In this document: positions 39,485 through 53,610 of the stretch, one piece after another
Layout of the letters: each line of letters starts with the position of its first letter
How positions within the stretch are numbered: position 1 is the stretch's first letter
Assembly (NCBI RefSeq): GCF_006345805.1
Contig: NC_043000.1
Span: forward strand, 69,130,001-69,194,000
Length of the DNA: 64,000 bases
Source: Octopus sinensis
Taxonomy: Eukaryota
Direction: 5' to 3'
Notes under the pieces: generated by a model
What the model was told of the DNA's origin: nothing
The model's database searches: none
What the model saw: only the letters and a program-made list of their open reading frames with translations
Translations under genes and position numbers: made by a program

Positions 39485-40599
39485 TGTGTGTGTGTGTGTG
39501 TGTGTACATGATGCAATCATGATTTGGCATTAATATAGTACTGGTTATTGGGAGAGATTGCTGTAACACTACTAGTCGAAGGTGGTCGTTAATTGCAGGC
39601 AGATTAGTATTTTTGGTGATTTATATTCTTCTGCCACCAAATATCTACTACCAATCAATGAAAATTATACTTTAGACCGGAGATTAATACTGGTTGTATG
39701 CCAATGTTTCCTTAATTGCACAAAGACAAAGCTGGGCTTCATTAAGTTAAAAATAATTTCTCCAGTGTAAACTTTAACAGTGAATAAATGGATGTACTTA
39801 CTATGAATAAAGATAACAATTTATTAACTTATAACATTAATTCCTTTTGTTGTGACAAACTTTCTACAAAATAATTTTTTATTATTTTCACAAGTTTCAT
39901 AACTTGAAAAATCAGTTTTCATTCTTTCAGTAACTTACGTGTGCAAGTACTGGAAAAGAATAATGTAAACATATTCTAAGTCTTCTTAAATATCTGAACA
40001 TTAAACCGCACAAAAATACCAATATTATGAATACAGTTTTGGGTTTCCCTATAGCTTTTATTTTGTGTGAGGGAAAGAAGGGCGAATTTCATGGTCTCAG
40101 TAGAAGTTATGTATGATGATTTTGTGATCGATGTTGGAAAATGTTCGATAAGTGGGTTTATTTACTGTTGGAGTGTTAGTTATGCTTTTGCCGTCAATAT
40201 GTGTGTGATGTGTTACAGCCATTGTTGGAATTGTAGAATGACTTTTTAAACTGTTTTCTGTTTGTTTTCTGACATAAATATTGAAAGTGTATGATATATT
40301 TTTATTTCTTAATTAATTATTTTACTGATATTTTATTGATATTTAGTTTTATTTCAGTTGTTTGAGGTTTTTGCTTGTTGTTAGTTTTTATAAAGTTTGT
40401 GATTTCACTTTTATTCCTTTTATTTTGCCCTCTCAGGATATATCTTCGACACTCTGATAGATATTTTGTTAAGTACTTGTAGTGCTGTAGTTAGGATTGC
40501 CGAATTCTGCGAATTGTAATTCTATCTCTTGATTTTTTAATATCCACCTTTAACATCGTCAATATTGCATCCCCAAGGGGTACTTTTACTTTACAACGT

Positions 40600-41790
40600 T
40601 ACCCTCTATAAAGTATGTGTTGCATACATTAAAGTACTCAGTAAAGTCCTAAATGGAGTAATAAGTATCATGATCATCAACAACAAACAGCCACACAATA
40701 CTCCAGGTCATAAGAACAACCACAAATATCATACTCACAAGCCAACAGCATGCAAAAGCCTTTTATAAGATATTTCCCGAAAATCAGTCATTAAAATCCA
40801 CCCTAAGAGAAGACAAGAACACAAAGCGAAAATGATGCAATTCTATCTACACCATGATTTTGATTCCTTCCTTCCATCGCAGAGCTAATGGGGATATCTA
40901 AAAACTGAAAACCCTAGGGAAGGAAAAATCACAAACATGCTCCTAAAGCACATAGAACCTGCAGGCATTATTGCAGTCTTCAAATATCTACAGCGCTTGC
41001 TACCAACACTGTCAAATTCTTACACTCCTGAAAAATTTTCAAAACCATAGCAATTTTAAAACATTTCAAAAGCTTCAGGTTAAGTGGCACAAAAGAGACT
41101 TGCTATCGTTCTATGATGATAACATCATATGCACGACCTAAACGTCTTTAGGAAATCTCACTCTTTAAATCATTGATCCACACATTTTCTTCTGCAAATC
41201 ACAACACGAATTCGAAATCATTACACTCAACTACTACACAACTAAAAAGACTAACATAGTGGATACATGAGGGACAAAAAAAAAAGTAAATCCTGAACTC
41301 AAAATTCTACTACCATTGAAATTAGCAAAGCTTTCGACTCTGCTTTTGCTTTCCACTTACACATGAATAAAACAGCTCGTTAAGAAGTATCAAAGAACGC
41401 AAGCTTGAAAATTACTTCGTATGTCGCCAAGCCTATGTATTCAACCCTCTCAGAATCTGCAAATTTCTGAATGGAGAGCCACATAGAACTCTACTTTCGC
41501 CCACTATTTTCAACTTATAATTATATGACCAAGTCACACTTAAACATTTTCCCAAAACCTCATATGCAGAAGACATTAAGCTCATGTCATCTTCTAATTT
41601 CAGGATACAACAATAAGATTACTCTTACACTACTGCTTAGAAAGCTGAATATACTAAAAAAAGAAAAAAAAGAATTAAAGCAACACTACCAATTCTTATC
41701 AATAACACTATAAAACATCAAATGAAACCAATTATTGCACTTTAAGTAAACATTACAGATGGTGAAAACAAAAATATAACAGATTCAGAA
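40600..41790 (+). pseudogene. Highly decayed LINE RT (CR1/L2/I-like)
   Basis: QHEFRNHY.TTTQL near 41205 and IEISKAFDS near 41320 resemble QHGFR...STTTQL and D.SKAFD. Confidence 0.5.
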
Positions 41791-41854
41791 TATTTGCAGT
41801 ACATAAACAATATATAGTAAACAAAATAATTCATACACACCCACGCACGTACAC

Positions 41855-42254
41855 ATGAGGTACTCAGAAATTCGGATGGTTTTATATTTACAGATATTTA
41901 TTTGTATATTACATGTTTTTATACATCATATAACTTAGATCATGTATCATATATAATAGCGCTTTCGTCCATTCTGGTGGAGTTTTCAAATTGAACTAAG
42001 TTCCGGTGGAAAGGTTTTTGACCATTTTATAGTGTTATTGAGTGTGTAGTGGTCAGGAGGGATATAAGATAGTACAAGAGGGTGATGAGTAAACATCTTG
42101 ACCAACTACAAAAGAAACCAGCAAAACAATTTTTTCTTCTTCCCTCTCTCCCTTTTCTTCCTTTCCGTCTTATTCTTTAACACCTCTTTCAGATACAAAC
42201 ACACACACACACACACACACATACACACGCACGCACGCACACACACACGCGCGC

Positions 42255-42288
<34 letters not shown>

Positions 42289-42542
42289 CTCTCTCTCACT
42301 TTCTCCCCATTCATCACCCTCTTGTACTATCTTATATCCCTCCCCACCACTACACACTCAATAACACTATAAAATGGTCAAAAACTTTTCCACAGGAACT
42401 TAGTTCAATTTGAAGACTCCACCAGAATGGACGAAAGCGCTAATATATGATATATGATATAAATTATATGATGTGTAAAAACATGTAATATACAAATAAA
42501 TATCTGTAAATATAAAACCATCCGAATTTCTGAGTACCTCAT
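41855..42542. mobile_element. Foldback/MITE with ~230 bp inverted arms around a CA-repeat spacer
   Basis: 41855-42088 is a near reverse complement of 42311-42542. Termini ATGAGGTACTCAGAAA resemble mariner CGAGG ends. Confidence 0.9.
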
Positions 42543-42595
42543 TTCTTCTAATATAAAATATCTGTACATCATCTCCAAACCTTCTAATATATATT

Positions 42596-42638
42596 AGGTG
42601 AACTCGGTCAGAGCTTAAGAGCTACTCCAACTCTGCTG

Positions 42639-42692
<54 letters not shown>

Positions 42693-42735
42693 CAGCAGAG
42701 ATGGAGTAGCTCTTAAGCTCTGACCGAGTTCACCT
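42596..42735. repeat. 140 bp palindrome with a (TA)n centre
   Basis: AGGTGAACTCGGTCAGAGCTTAAGAGCTACTCCAACTCTGCTGTTA and its reverse complement, with one mismatch. Confidence 0.95.
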
Positions 42736-45700
42736 TTCTAACCTCCTTTCACTGTCACTACTCTCAAAATCGATGAGCGCACAGAAAAAGATTGAAGAGT
42801 AAAAATAATACATCATGTCCAAATAGTCAAACGACTTCCCATGCAATTCAGCACAGCAAGACGAAGTGTGCAGTATGTTTGTCAGCTAGAAAGAAGCATA
42901 ATATGATAGGTTAAAATCCATAATCAAAGAGAACTGATGATTGTCTCTGTTGTTTAGCTTGTAAGTGCAGAATAAAGTTTACAGGAAATTGCAACGAGTT
43001 TAGTTGATGTGTAGTGTGGAGAGATAGAAGTATCTTAGGATAAGTTTTTGGTTAATATATGAATTGAAGGAGCGATCTGAAAGAGATGTGAGGAGTGAAG
43101 CATAAATATGAAAGAGAAGGTGGGAGAGAAAGAGAAAAAGAGGGAAAGGAAAGGGATATATGAGAAGATGGAGAGTAAAAGAGTTAACAGAGCGTGAGGA
43201 AAGGAGAATTGGAGAGGGGAGGCAGAAAGAGCCAATGCCTCAAGTCAGACAGAAGGAAGGTTAATTATCTACCTTCTATAAGTCTGTATGATCAGTTCTG
43301 ACGTGAGGTCACACAACAAACAAAACAAGATAGTTTGTTCATAAAATATATAGCTACATAATTTTACACACGTTTCATTAACACTGTAAGTACCAGTCAT
43401 ATACGGAAATTTTACAAGTGGGATCTTTAGAGATTACGTAACTTTTATTAGTAATTTATGATTTTACATAGAAAAATGCAAGCAAGAGAAATAATTTTCT
43501 TAAGATTATAGACCTGGGAAATTACAGGACAAGTTATTACAGTTGGAATAGTTCAGGACAAGTTATTACATCTGGTAAAGTGCAGAACAAGAAATTTTTT
43601 ACTTAAAATACTGCAACTAAGGTTAAAATTTCAAAAAAAAAAAAAAATTTAGATTTAGAAAATTTTAGCTATTATTAAAACTAAAAATTTTATTACAAGT
43701 TATTACTTGTTACTTCTATTAAAAATAAAAAATAACTCAAAATATTTTTTGCACTTTAAAAAAATTCATTTTTTAAATTATTAACTAATAATTAGAAATA
43801 TGAAAATAGGTTATAAAAATAATAGTAGAACTATATTATCACCCTCAAATTTGAGAAATAAATGCTCATAACTTTTTCTTATTTAAAATCTTTATTGCAT
43901 GAGATTGATACCATGGAATTCCTCGAATTGAGTTCTATCATTTAAACTTAATTAAAATATAGTTTGTTATTGAAATAAAGAAGTTAATTATACTTAAATC
44001 TAATTTTTTGCCTTATATTTTTTTTATGATATTTTGCCTCACAACTTTTTGATACAAAATTTTGTTGCATGGGACCAAAACTAGGAAATTCTTCATGCTT
44101 TCTTCTATCATTGAAGCTAAGATAAATATATTTTGCTTTTAAAATTAAAAAAAATAGTTATTTAGATCTAAACTTGATTGGTAGCGTTACTTACTCTTCT
44201 ATAACGTTGCTACAAATTTTGACGTAAACTTTTTTCTACTGGATTAAATCTCAATTTGTTTATACCAAAATGTAACTAAGGACTAGTCCTCTTAAAAAAT
44301 GTTAACAGTTTTCAATTTGGCTAAGAACTGAATTACCGGCGTGTGTGAGTAAATTGCGGCCTTAAGAATATTATTCAACCACTACCGTAGTTGAATGATT
44401 CATACCGGATTGCCGAAAGTGTTATAGTGTCGATTACCATGATAACAGTGCGCGTGCGCGTGTGTATAGACTCCTAAATAACATTGCTGTTGCCCCTATT
44501 ATTATACAAGCACGCGATGTAACTGGTTGGCGAAAATCTATCGACTAGCTCTCTACAACTACTAGACATCAGCCCCTCTTCCCTCCATTTTTGTTTTGTT
44601 TCACCAGCATATCCCTCCTACCTAGAAATACGACTTTCTGGAACTCATATCTCCTCACATTGTTTTCACGTACAGAAGTTGACGATAAGCATTAAACTGC
44701 ATAAACCCTTCACCTCAGTTTGCGCGGTCCTGCGAAGGAAGTGGGTTCTACGCTACTCCTAAATAAAAAAAAAATGCCTTTTCGAAGTTTATAAATGTGT
44801 TTTTATGTCTCGTTCATTGATGTCTGGGTGTAGTCATAAGAGAATAAGGTTTGTTTTCCACGAGATTATTGGCAGCTAGGAGTGTGGATCAGAACGTGAC
44901 GTTTGAAGAGAAGTTTTTGTAGTTTGCTCGGTGTGGTGTGTGTTGGTGTGTGTTGTTTTAAGTGTCAAGAGAATTCAGTTATGGCGCTATTGTGTTTCAT
45001 GTTACTGGCTTTTTTTTTTTAATGCTTGTATTTCTATAATGTTGTCATGACCTATTTGTGTTCGAATGACGTCTGTGATATTAGTGAATTAGAGAAACAG
45101 TTGTTTATAAATGTTATAATGTTATCACTATGATTTTGCCTGTTCTGGAATTGGAAAAGGTTCAGTGTGAAGTTGTTCTGTATTTTATATTACTACTATG
45201 ACCTTGGGTGATGATAAGAAATTTCAGCATCATGAACTTGTTTATTAAGTCGTTTATGCTGAACTCTATTGATCCGTTTATAAGATATAATAGGTTGAGA
45301 AACCGCGAAAGATTCCTTTGTTGGCTATTTATTAAGTCATTAAACCGTGGTCATACTACTTTCCAGGGCAGTGGGTTTTAACCTTTTGTAGCCCAGTATT
45401 CTGGTGTTTTTCAATCATCCCATCATTATGCAAAAATAAACAAATACAAAAATAAATAAAAGAAAATAGATTATTTTAATCAAACAAGTAAATTTTTCGT
45501 AGTACTTAATTATCTACATTTTAAAAAATCTATCCCATCCAGCATATGCTTCTTTTATGTTTTTTTCTCTCGATATTTGCGGGAACTAATTGCCCTTGCA
45601 TTAGACTATTTGAAGGAAATTGCTAAAGGAGGCGAAAATCTTATAACGAAGTTATATTGGATCTTGGCATATCATTAGACATGTTTCTTTCCACTCACCA

Positions 45701-45799
45701 CACAATAGCCTATTCATGATTTACTCTCAAGAAAGATTTTTTGAAATGTTTTTAAAATATAATTATTGCTCTTGGTATAAATGTCTTATTTATCTTTTA

Positions 45800-45995
45800 T
45801 CTGACTTGTTTCAGTCAATAGACTGCGGCCACGCTGTGGATACCGCCTTGAAGAAGTTTTTAGTTGACTGAATCGACACCAGTGCTTTTTTTAAAGCCTG
45901 GTACTTATTCTATCAAACTCTTTTGCTGAACCGCTAATTTACAGGGACATGAACATACTAGCACTGGCTGTCAAGCAGTGTTGTGGAAACACACA

Positions 45996-46036
<41 letters not shown>

Positions 46037-46165
46037 CGGGTTGTTTTCAGTTTCCATCTCCCAAATTCACTCACAAGGGTTTATTCGGCCCGAGGCTATA
46101 ACAGAAGAGTGAAGGTGTCATACGGAATCATGTGGTTGGGAAGCAAGCTTCTTACCACACAGCCA
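45800..46165 (-). mobile_element. SINE family B copy (older)
   Basis: Same halves as 9985-10452 with an internal (CA)n. Confidence 0.85.
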
Positions 46166-47213
46166 CGCCTGCACCTAAAAAATGCCGAGCGTCCCTATAG
46201 CGTCCCCTTGATATTTGCCTATTTCTTGTGAGCTCATAACATACGCAAGGGGGCATTGCTGCTCGGGTTAAGAAGCACTGTTTTAGGGTATATCAGCCGA
46301 AGTACTTATTGTATTGACTTCGGAAAGATGACAGCAAAAGTAGACCGCAATGAAACGTTAGAAAATACTACAGAATATCTTGTTCAACGCTCAATCGATT
46401 CTGTCATCCATCTGGCATTGTTTTTTTTTATTAGTCCTAGGTCAGCTAAGAAAGAGAACAATTATGATGGTAGAGATTCCAGTCATGACCATCTCGTATT
46501 TTCCTATTTCTTCATCAAGTATTTTGTAAAACTGGAGTAAATAATGTGGAAGATCTTCTTCCCGAATATTATAAAAACGTGCGAGTTTGCTATGTGTATG
46601 ATAATTCTCTATCAACAATAAGATTTTGCATTTTCACTTTTGTGTTCAGTTTGGTTCACTGGAGGATATTCTAGCAATTTAGAATTATCTCGAATTTTTG
46701 GTTTCCATAAGAAAGAACACCGTCAAGTTGCTGCAAACAGTAACAGTTGAACATTGTTAGATTTATTACCTTCTTTGTAGGAACCTCTTTGGCTGTTAGA
46801 GCAGGGCGAGATAACAACCGATAAAACCCTCCGGTTGAGAAATAATTTTCTTCATGATTAACCGAGACAGAACATACACATAGAAAGCCATACTTCGTAG
46901 CAAACAACTATTTCAATGAGCTAAGAAATTTCATAGATTTAATTCCGGTTGGATTGTTGAATGGACTTCACCTCTAGAAACTCATCTCTTACACACTTCA
47001 ATTAATCCATTGATTATTTTTCATTAACACTCAAAACACTTCGCCTGAATTTAATGCCAGTTCATATAAGAATATTTGTTTTTCAGTAATAAGTGAGGAG
47101 TTGATAAAAATTACGTAGATGTCTGGTTAAAATTATTGACATTAACACACCAAATTGCTTTAATATATTAGTTTTCATTTACTTATGTAAACGTATCTAA
47201 ACCTAATCTACTT

Positions 47214-47214
<1 letters not shown>

Positions 47215-47304
<90 letters not shown>
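47215..47304. repeat. Pure (TCTA)n microsatellite with no LINE inserted
   Basis: Seen directly. Confidence 0.98.
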
Positions 47305-47305
<1 letters not shown>

Positions 47306-48544
47306 GTGTGTGTGTATATGTGTGTGTGTATGTGTGTGCATATGTGTGTGTGCCTGTCTGCCTGTTTCTCTGTCTGTCTGTCTCTCTCTATCTATCGTGT
47401 GTGTGTATGTGTATAAAACCTCCACGTTAATGGGTAATATTATTTCGATACAATGTTTAATGTATGTCTATAAGTATCTTATATAATGTATTAATATTTA
47501 AGCATCGGTGGGCAATTTGTTAGTATTTTAGTGTATGTGTATCTATCCATACAACACTATTTAAAAATATGTAAAGCCATATCTCAGAACTGACTTATGT
47601 TTGTTCCCATTTTAAAACAGCAGGGATTGGTTTGAATATTTCGTTTCTATTGTCTGTAGGCAGAGCGGTTCCCGTGGAGCTCTATAGCTAGTTCACACAG
47701 CGGAGTGTTTTCGCCTTTTTTTTTGTCGCTATCTTGTTGGTGGTGCCTGCGTAGTTAGAATTTGTATTTTTGTTGTAAACTCTTCTTCTCTCACATGTGA
47801 CTCAGATGTTAGATTTATTTTCATTGTCGGCTTATTGTTTTCTCTCCACTCCCAGTTTGTCGGTTTATTTCTTTTCTCCCCACATTAAAAAAAAAAATTC
47901 TTTCCATACATAATAACGAGTTTGTTTCTCCTCAAATATAGTCGTTTGTCTTCTTTCCTATAGACTGTTTTGGGCATTTGAATAACATTTTGCTGTCAAA
48001 GCATTTCTTTTATGAATATCCTGTTATTAAGTTATTTAGTTACTTCAGCTACATCTTTCTTAATATAACATATTATAATCTATTGATTATTATTGATATC
48101 ATTATTAAAGAAGACATCATTAAATTTAGAGTGGGTGATAACATTATGCCTCTGAATGGATCATACTGTTCTACTTATTATTAATATTTTGATTCATTTT
48201 CACTTATTTTCTTTTATTTATTAGTTTAACTTAGAGGCAGGGGCTTCAGGGAAAATGCATACAGATTTTACCAGAGGACTAGTTCTGAGAAGAGACGATT
48301 TAGAGTTCTAAGTGTAAGTTACTGGATAGAATATGAGCGACAAGAGGAAGAGAGACGAGTGAGTCGGGATCTTAGAGTGGAGGAAACTCGAACCTAGCTA
48401 TCTATGAGGAGAAAATGCCAGTCAGTAGTTGCCCTCGGGCCACTTCTACTCAGACACTCTCGATTCACTCGTCTCCCCCCCTTGTTACATCTAACCTTTT
48501 AGCTCCACAGTAATCACTATGTTCAGAACAGAAAGCACTAATGG

Positions 48545-50860
48545 TAATACTGGGAAGAAGGTTAATGTAGTTGGGTCGTATATTCAGAATGAGTAACGGA
48601 GGAATGCTTGTCAGGTCGGGGATCTCATTACAAGCCGATGAGAACTGCTACTGCTACTATGTAAACCAGTACTACCTGTTCCATTGTCGAGTAGTCGGTG
48701 ACCAAACCAACTCCCCCACTAGAGTAGCTAGCTACTCTTGTGAGGAAGGTGCCTGGATGCCCAGCGGGAAGAAAAGCAAGATCAGTCGAAGGGCGGATGA
48801 GCTCCTTGTGGGTCAACGGCTATTCAGTTGGGGAAGGCAATGGCAAACCACCTCAAGGAAACACGAGAAAGTCAGAACGAAGTAGTGCTATGGCTTCATT
48901 TGATGGGCCTTCTCATGTTGGATGAAGACTCCCGAGATTATGAGAAAGAGTCTTTCTGCAGCAACAGGAACACTAGTGGTCATAACGAGGTATGCCCAAA
49001 GTCTCACGGAAGGAATGCATCTGACAGACACGGAAATAATGTCGTGCAGAGAATAAAAATGCACGAATAGTTACATGGAGCGTAAGAATACTTCTTGATG
49101 TTGGCAAGCTACACCAACTCACAAAGGAACCTAAACGGATAAACTGCAAAGTCTGTGGAATCGCAGAAACTAGATGGTCAAATAGTGGCTATTTCACAGT
49201 TCTTGGGGATAGGTACACTGTTTTCTATTCAGGACCAAAAGAACAAGAACAAAAGGGAGTTACAATCATAGTGGACAAGAAAATGAACGAGTCTGTTATG
49301 GGATATAACCCTGTCAGTGATAGCATAATTAACATTAGAAAAATGCAAAGCCCCATCCAATATCCATCATACAAATATATGCACCACCTTCTGTTGAGGA
49401 AGAGGAAATTGTTGTTCTATTCTATGAAAAACTACAGAACACAATAGACAAATCACCAAAACTGGGTATTGTAAGCATTAAGGGAGACATCAATGCCAAA
49501 GTAGCACAAACACTTCAAATAAAAAAAAAAAGTTATGATATTCAAATAGCAAATGACAGAGGATGAAGACTTTCAGAATTCTTCCACGCAAACAAATTAT
49601 GGATTAGCAACAGTCAGTTTGAATGTCATACAAGAACATTTACTTGGAGATCTGACGGAATAACAAAGAACCAGATAGATTCCATTCTTGTTCAACAAAG
49701 ATGAGAATCAAACATCACAAACTGCACAACATACCCTGGCGCCGACTGAGACTCTGGACCACCATCTTCTTATGGTTATATGAAACATGCGAATGATAAA
49801 TGGCCACATGTGGCGCATCATATCTTATCTCGGCATTCCAAAACACTTTATTAAGCTCATCAAGCAACTTTACATTCAGTAAGAAACCTGCATTTGAGTA
49901 AACAATGAGAACACAGGTAAGTTAAAAAATGGGAAAGGAGTTCGTTAGGGCTGTATTTTTCTCCATGCTTGTTCATCATCTATACTGAGGGGATAACACG
50001 GAAAGCAATACAAGAAGAAGATAGCATCAAAGTACATGACTTGCATATTTCTAATCTAAGGCATGCAGACGATACTGGTCTTTTTGACAAGACTGAAGCC
50101 GGACTACAAGAAATAATAAATAGAATCGAGAAAGTATCAAATGCGTATGGTCTTTATCTCAATCATAAGAAAACTTAAGTTATGGTAGTATGAAAAGAGA
50201 ACATAAATATTAATGCCAAATCGCACTGTATGGGGCTTGAGCAGTTTGAATTGTACAAGTATCTTGGAGCCCAAATCTCTGATGAAGCCACATGTAAGAA
50301 AGAAATTAGTACGCGGCTAGCCATGACAAGAACATACATGGAAAAGCTTAATAACATCTGGACAAACAAAAGTGTCCCAACTAAATTAAAAACAAGGCTA
50401 GTGTGAGTACTCATTTAACTAATGGGCATTTATAGTTGTGAAGCATGGACTGCGAACAAATTTGATGAGAACATAATGAATGCGTATGAAATGTTGGTGT
50501 AGAGGAGAATGTTACGAGTTTCTTACAAGGATCACTGGACAAATGAATGGGTGTTACAACAAATGGGTGAAAGATAGCAACTCCTGAACACTGAAAAAAT
50601 AAAAGCTCATCTATTATGGCCATATCTGAAGAAGCAGAGTTTTGGAAAATATTATCATGGAAGGAAGAGTAGAGAGCGGTAGATCAAGAAGCAGGCAAAG
50701 AACACAATGGATGGATAAATATCAAAAACAGGTTGGACAAAAGTGGAAAGACAGCTGGAGGACTCACGCTTACCTAGGAAGACTTTTGTTGTATTACTAT
50801 CGATGCACTGCCGACGACGTCAATGGAGGACTGGAATAAAAACCTGATTTTGCCAAATGA
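48545..50860 (+). mobile_element. Degenerate RTE-clade LINE with an internal deletion
   Basis: 5' motif GGAAGGCAATGGCAAACCACCTC, APE remnants, GVR.GCI.SP.LF.IYTE, ISNLRHADDT, LYLNHKKTK, IMEGRVE..RSR.RQRT.W.D. The start of the RT is missing near 49790. Confidence 0.85.
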
Positions 50861-51739
50861 GAACACGCAAGCACTTGGTGTAACACAGAACAAATGGTTG
50901 CGCAGTTGTACACAAGGGCGAGCTTGGACGAAGGGTGTGCAGCATAACACGAGACCACAGTAAGATTATCCTTTTAGGATGGATGATGTTAAGTTTAATT
51001 TGGCAGGTGATTAAGCTTTATAATAAACTGGATTTAAGTTATGAAAAGAAAAAAATATAGTGTAATGTAAAAATAATAAAGTGTAATGTATCTGCTTACA
51101 CAACATAAAGAAGGAAACTATACAGAATAAAAATATGAGTAGGTAAACATTTTCGGAGCTGCACCGCCTTGTGAGTGCAAAGAATCGTTACACTAAATAT
51201 TTAAAGCAGACAAATCCGTTACTATAGATGTGGGACTAAGAATTCCCTGAAGTCTTTCTGCCTAGAGGAACTGAAAAAGAAGAGAAAGGAGAAGAGAATT
51301 CCGAACACCAGCGGAGCCTGCAATAAACAAAAGCAACATGACCTAGAAACTATTATTTCCAAAGCATGTCGTAACGCCATGTCCACGTTAACAGTGGTTA
51401 AAATACACTGTAATGCAACTTTGTATTGTCTTTGTGGATATATAAAAAGTTAATAGCTTTTAAAGTTTGCAAATTTTGAGTAATTTTATTCAATCGAAAG
51501 CCACAGACACATTGGTGCCTGTTTCCATAGTAATAAGCAAAGCTGTACTCTGCTTAAACCACCACTATATTTTCTTTACCCGTGTATTTTCTTTGACGAG
51601 TACCTACTTTCTGGTCCTTTGTACCTCATTTTCTTAATTTTCACCTGTTTTTTTTGAGAAACGGATATTTTCGGTTGTTGTCTTGCCACTACCTCATTTT
51701 CATAATTTTGAATTGTGTTTTCTTAGACCTTTTCAACCC

Positions 51740-51850
51740 AAATACAAGAATGACCGCAGTCAACTCGTTTAGTTTTTCGAGTATGCTGGAAAAGATGAAA
51801 ACTGAGGAGGATGCAGTTCTTTATTTTCAAGGAACTTACTTTTTGTTTTT
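51740..51850 (+). other. Possible IS1595/Merlin-like transposase N-terminal remnant
   Basis: MTAVNSFSFSSMLEKMKTEEDAVLYFQ weakly resembles the TEEDA..F.Q starts of these transposases; nothing downstream confirms it. Confidence 0.2.
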
Positions 51851-52489
51851 GTATGTATCTGTTGTGTACGTCACACTTATTTCTTTGAAGTGGCAAAGTG
51901 GGAGAGAGAAGGAAAGAGAGGAAGTAAAAGAAAGAAAGAGAGAGAGAGAGTGAGAAAGAAAGAGAGAGAGTGAGAGAGACAGTTAGTGGTGACGGCGTTC
52001 GTTTTGTGTTTTTAAATGTTTATCACATCACAAGAGAAGTAGATACATAGATACATATACACATTGTTAAATCAAAAGCGAGAGAGAAGAGTGACACAAG
52101 AGAAGTAGATACATAGATACATAGGCACAGCAAATATTGGCTGTCAATTTCACTTTTCATTACCACATTACCACACGAGGATAAAATTAACTCACAAATG
52201 GCTGAGTACTCCACAGACATGCATAACATTAACGTAGTTCTCAGTGAGATTCAGCCTCACACAGAATATGGTAAGGCTGGCCCCTTTAAATTACCGCTAC
52301 ATTTCGAGACATATATATGAATTTATTTGTGTGTGTGTGTGTATAGTATAGGTTAGTTAAAACATGTTTGCAATAATAAGTATCGCGTGGTGGAAATAAA
52401 CACAATTACCAAACTTTCATTCATAAATCCATTTACTATTTCGTTCTTTTGCATTTCAATTTGTATATTTGTACACAGAAATTTTCAAC

Positions 52490-53155
52490 AACTACACGCC
52501 AGGAGAAATGGAAAAACGAGTCATTTTATCTCCTAAAAAATTTGACTGTCTTGCAATAAATGAAAAGTTCTTAATATTATACCAGAGCACTTAAAACGTA
52601 CTTGAGAACAGATTCCGTGTCCTGCAATAATGAAGAGGATGTGCAGAACTATCCATTTGAATTCATAAACTCACCCACTCCACCCGGTATGCCTCCTCAT
52701 CGCCTCAACTTAAAAGGGGCTATTGTAATGCTTCTAAGAAATCTTTCGATCAGCCAAGGATTATGTAATGGAACTCGCATGAAAGTGCAAAAGCTTCATG
52801 AACATTGTATAGAGGCATCATTGGTAAGAGGATCCAACAGAGGTTGTACAGTTCTAATTCCCAGAGTTAAACTTAGCCCAAGTGATGTAAATATTCCATT
52901 CACACTAAGCAGACTTCAGTTTCCACCTCGACTTGCATATTGCAATTAATAAGGCTCAAGGGTAAACATTTGAAAAGTTAGAATACATTTGCCTCAACCG
53001 GTATTTTGTCATGGCCAATTACATGTCGCATTTTCAAGAGCACGAGCTATGAACAGTATCAAAGTAAGAGTTATGACACTCAATTGGGATAACAGATAAG
53101 GCCAGAAACGTGGTGTGGCATACACACAAAATATTGTCTACCATGAAGTACAGTG
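52490..53155 (+). pseudogene. Helitron PIF1-like helicase C-terminal fragment
   Basis: RVILSPK, YP.EFINS.TPPGMPPHRLNLK.GAIVMLLRNL....GLCNGTR, VLIPRVKL, RLQFP.RLA, INKAQG, VF.HGQL.VAFSRAR. Confidence 0.92.
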
Positions 53156-53332
53156 AGGAAGACCACCGCACCAGCTAGCATCACCACCATACTAGCCGCT
53201 CCATCATTACACATCCACATTACACCTTTAAGATCGGGGAACCAGTTAGGGGCCCGCTGGATCTCTCTCAGCATACCGGCAAACCACAAAATCGCACCAC
53301 CCAGCATCACCACTACCTCCAAGCCTGTCATT

Positions 53333-53364
<32 letters not shown>

Positions 53365-53394
53365 TGTATGTATGTATGTATGTATGTATGTATG

Positions 53395-53610
53395 TATGTG
53401 TGTTTGTTATTTGTGTCTGTGTTTGTCCCATCACCACCACTGCTTCACACCGATGTTGGTGCATTTGCGTCTCTGTAATTTAGCTGTTCAGCAGAAAAGA
53501 CTGATAGAATAAGCACCAGGCTTATAGGGAATATGTCCAATCATCGATTAAAGGGTGGTGCTCTAGCATGGCCACAGTCAAATGACTGAAACAAGTAAAA
53601 GATTAAAAGG
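53395..53610 (+). mobile_element. SINE B 3' half after (TATG)n
   Basis: Ends GGTGCTCTAGCATGGCCACAGTCAAATGACTGAAACAAGTAAAAGA. Confidence 0.8.

Noticed and set aside
52029-52123. 29-bp direct repeat pair as a TSD or LTR
   Set aside because: Encloses only ~37 bp of unremarkable sequence; most likely a local duplication.
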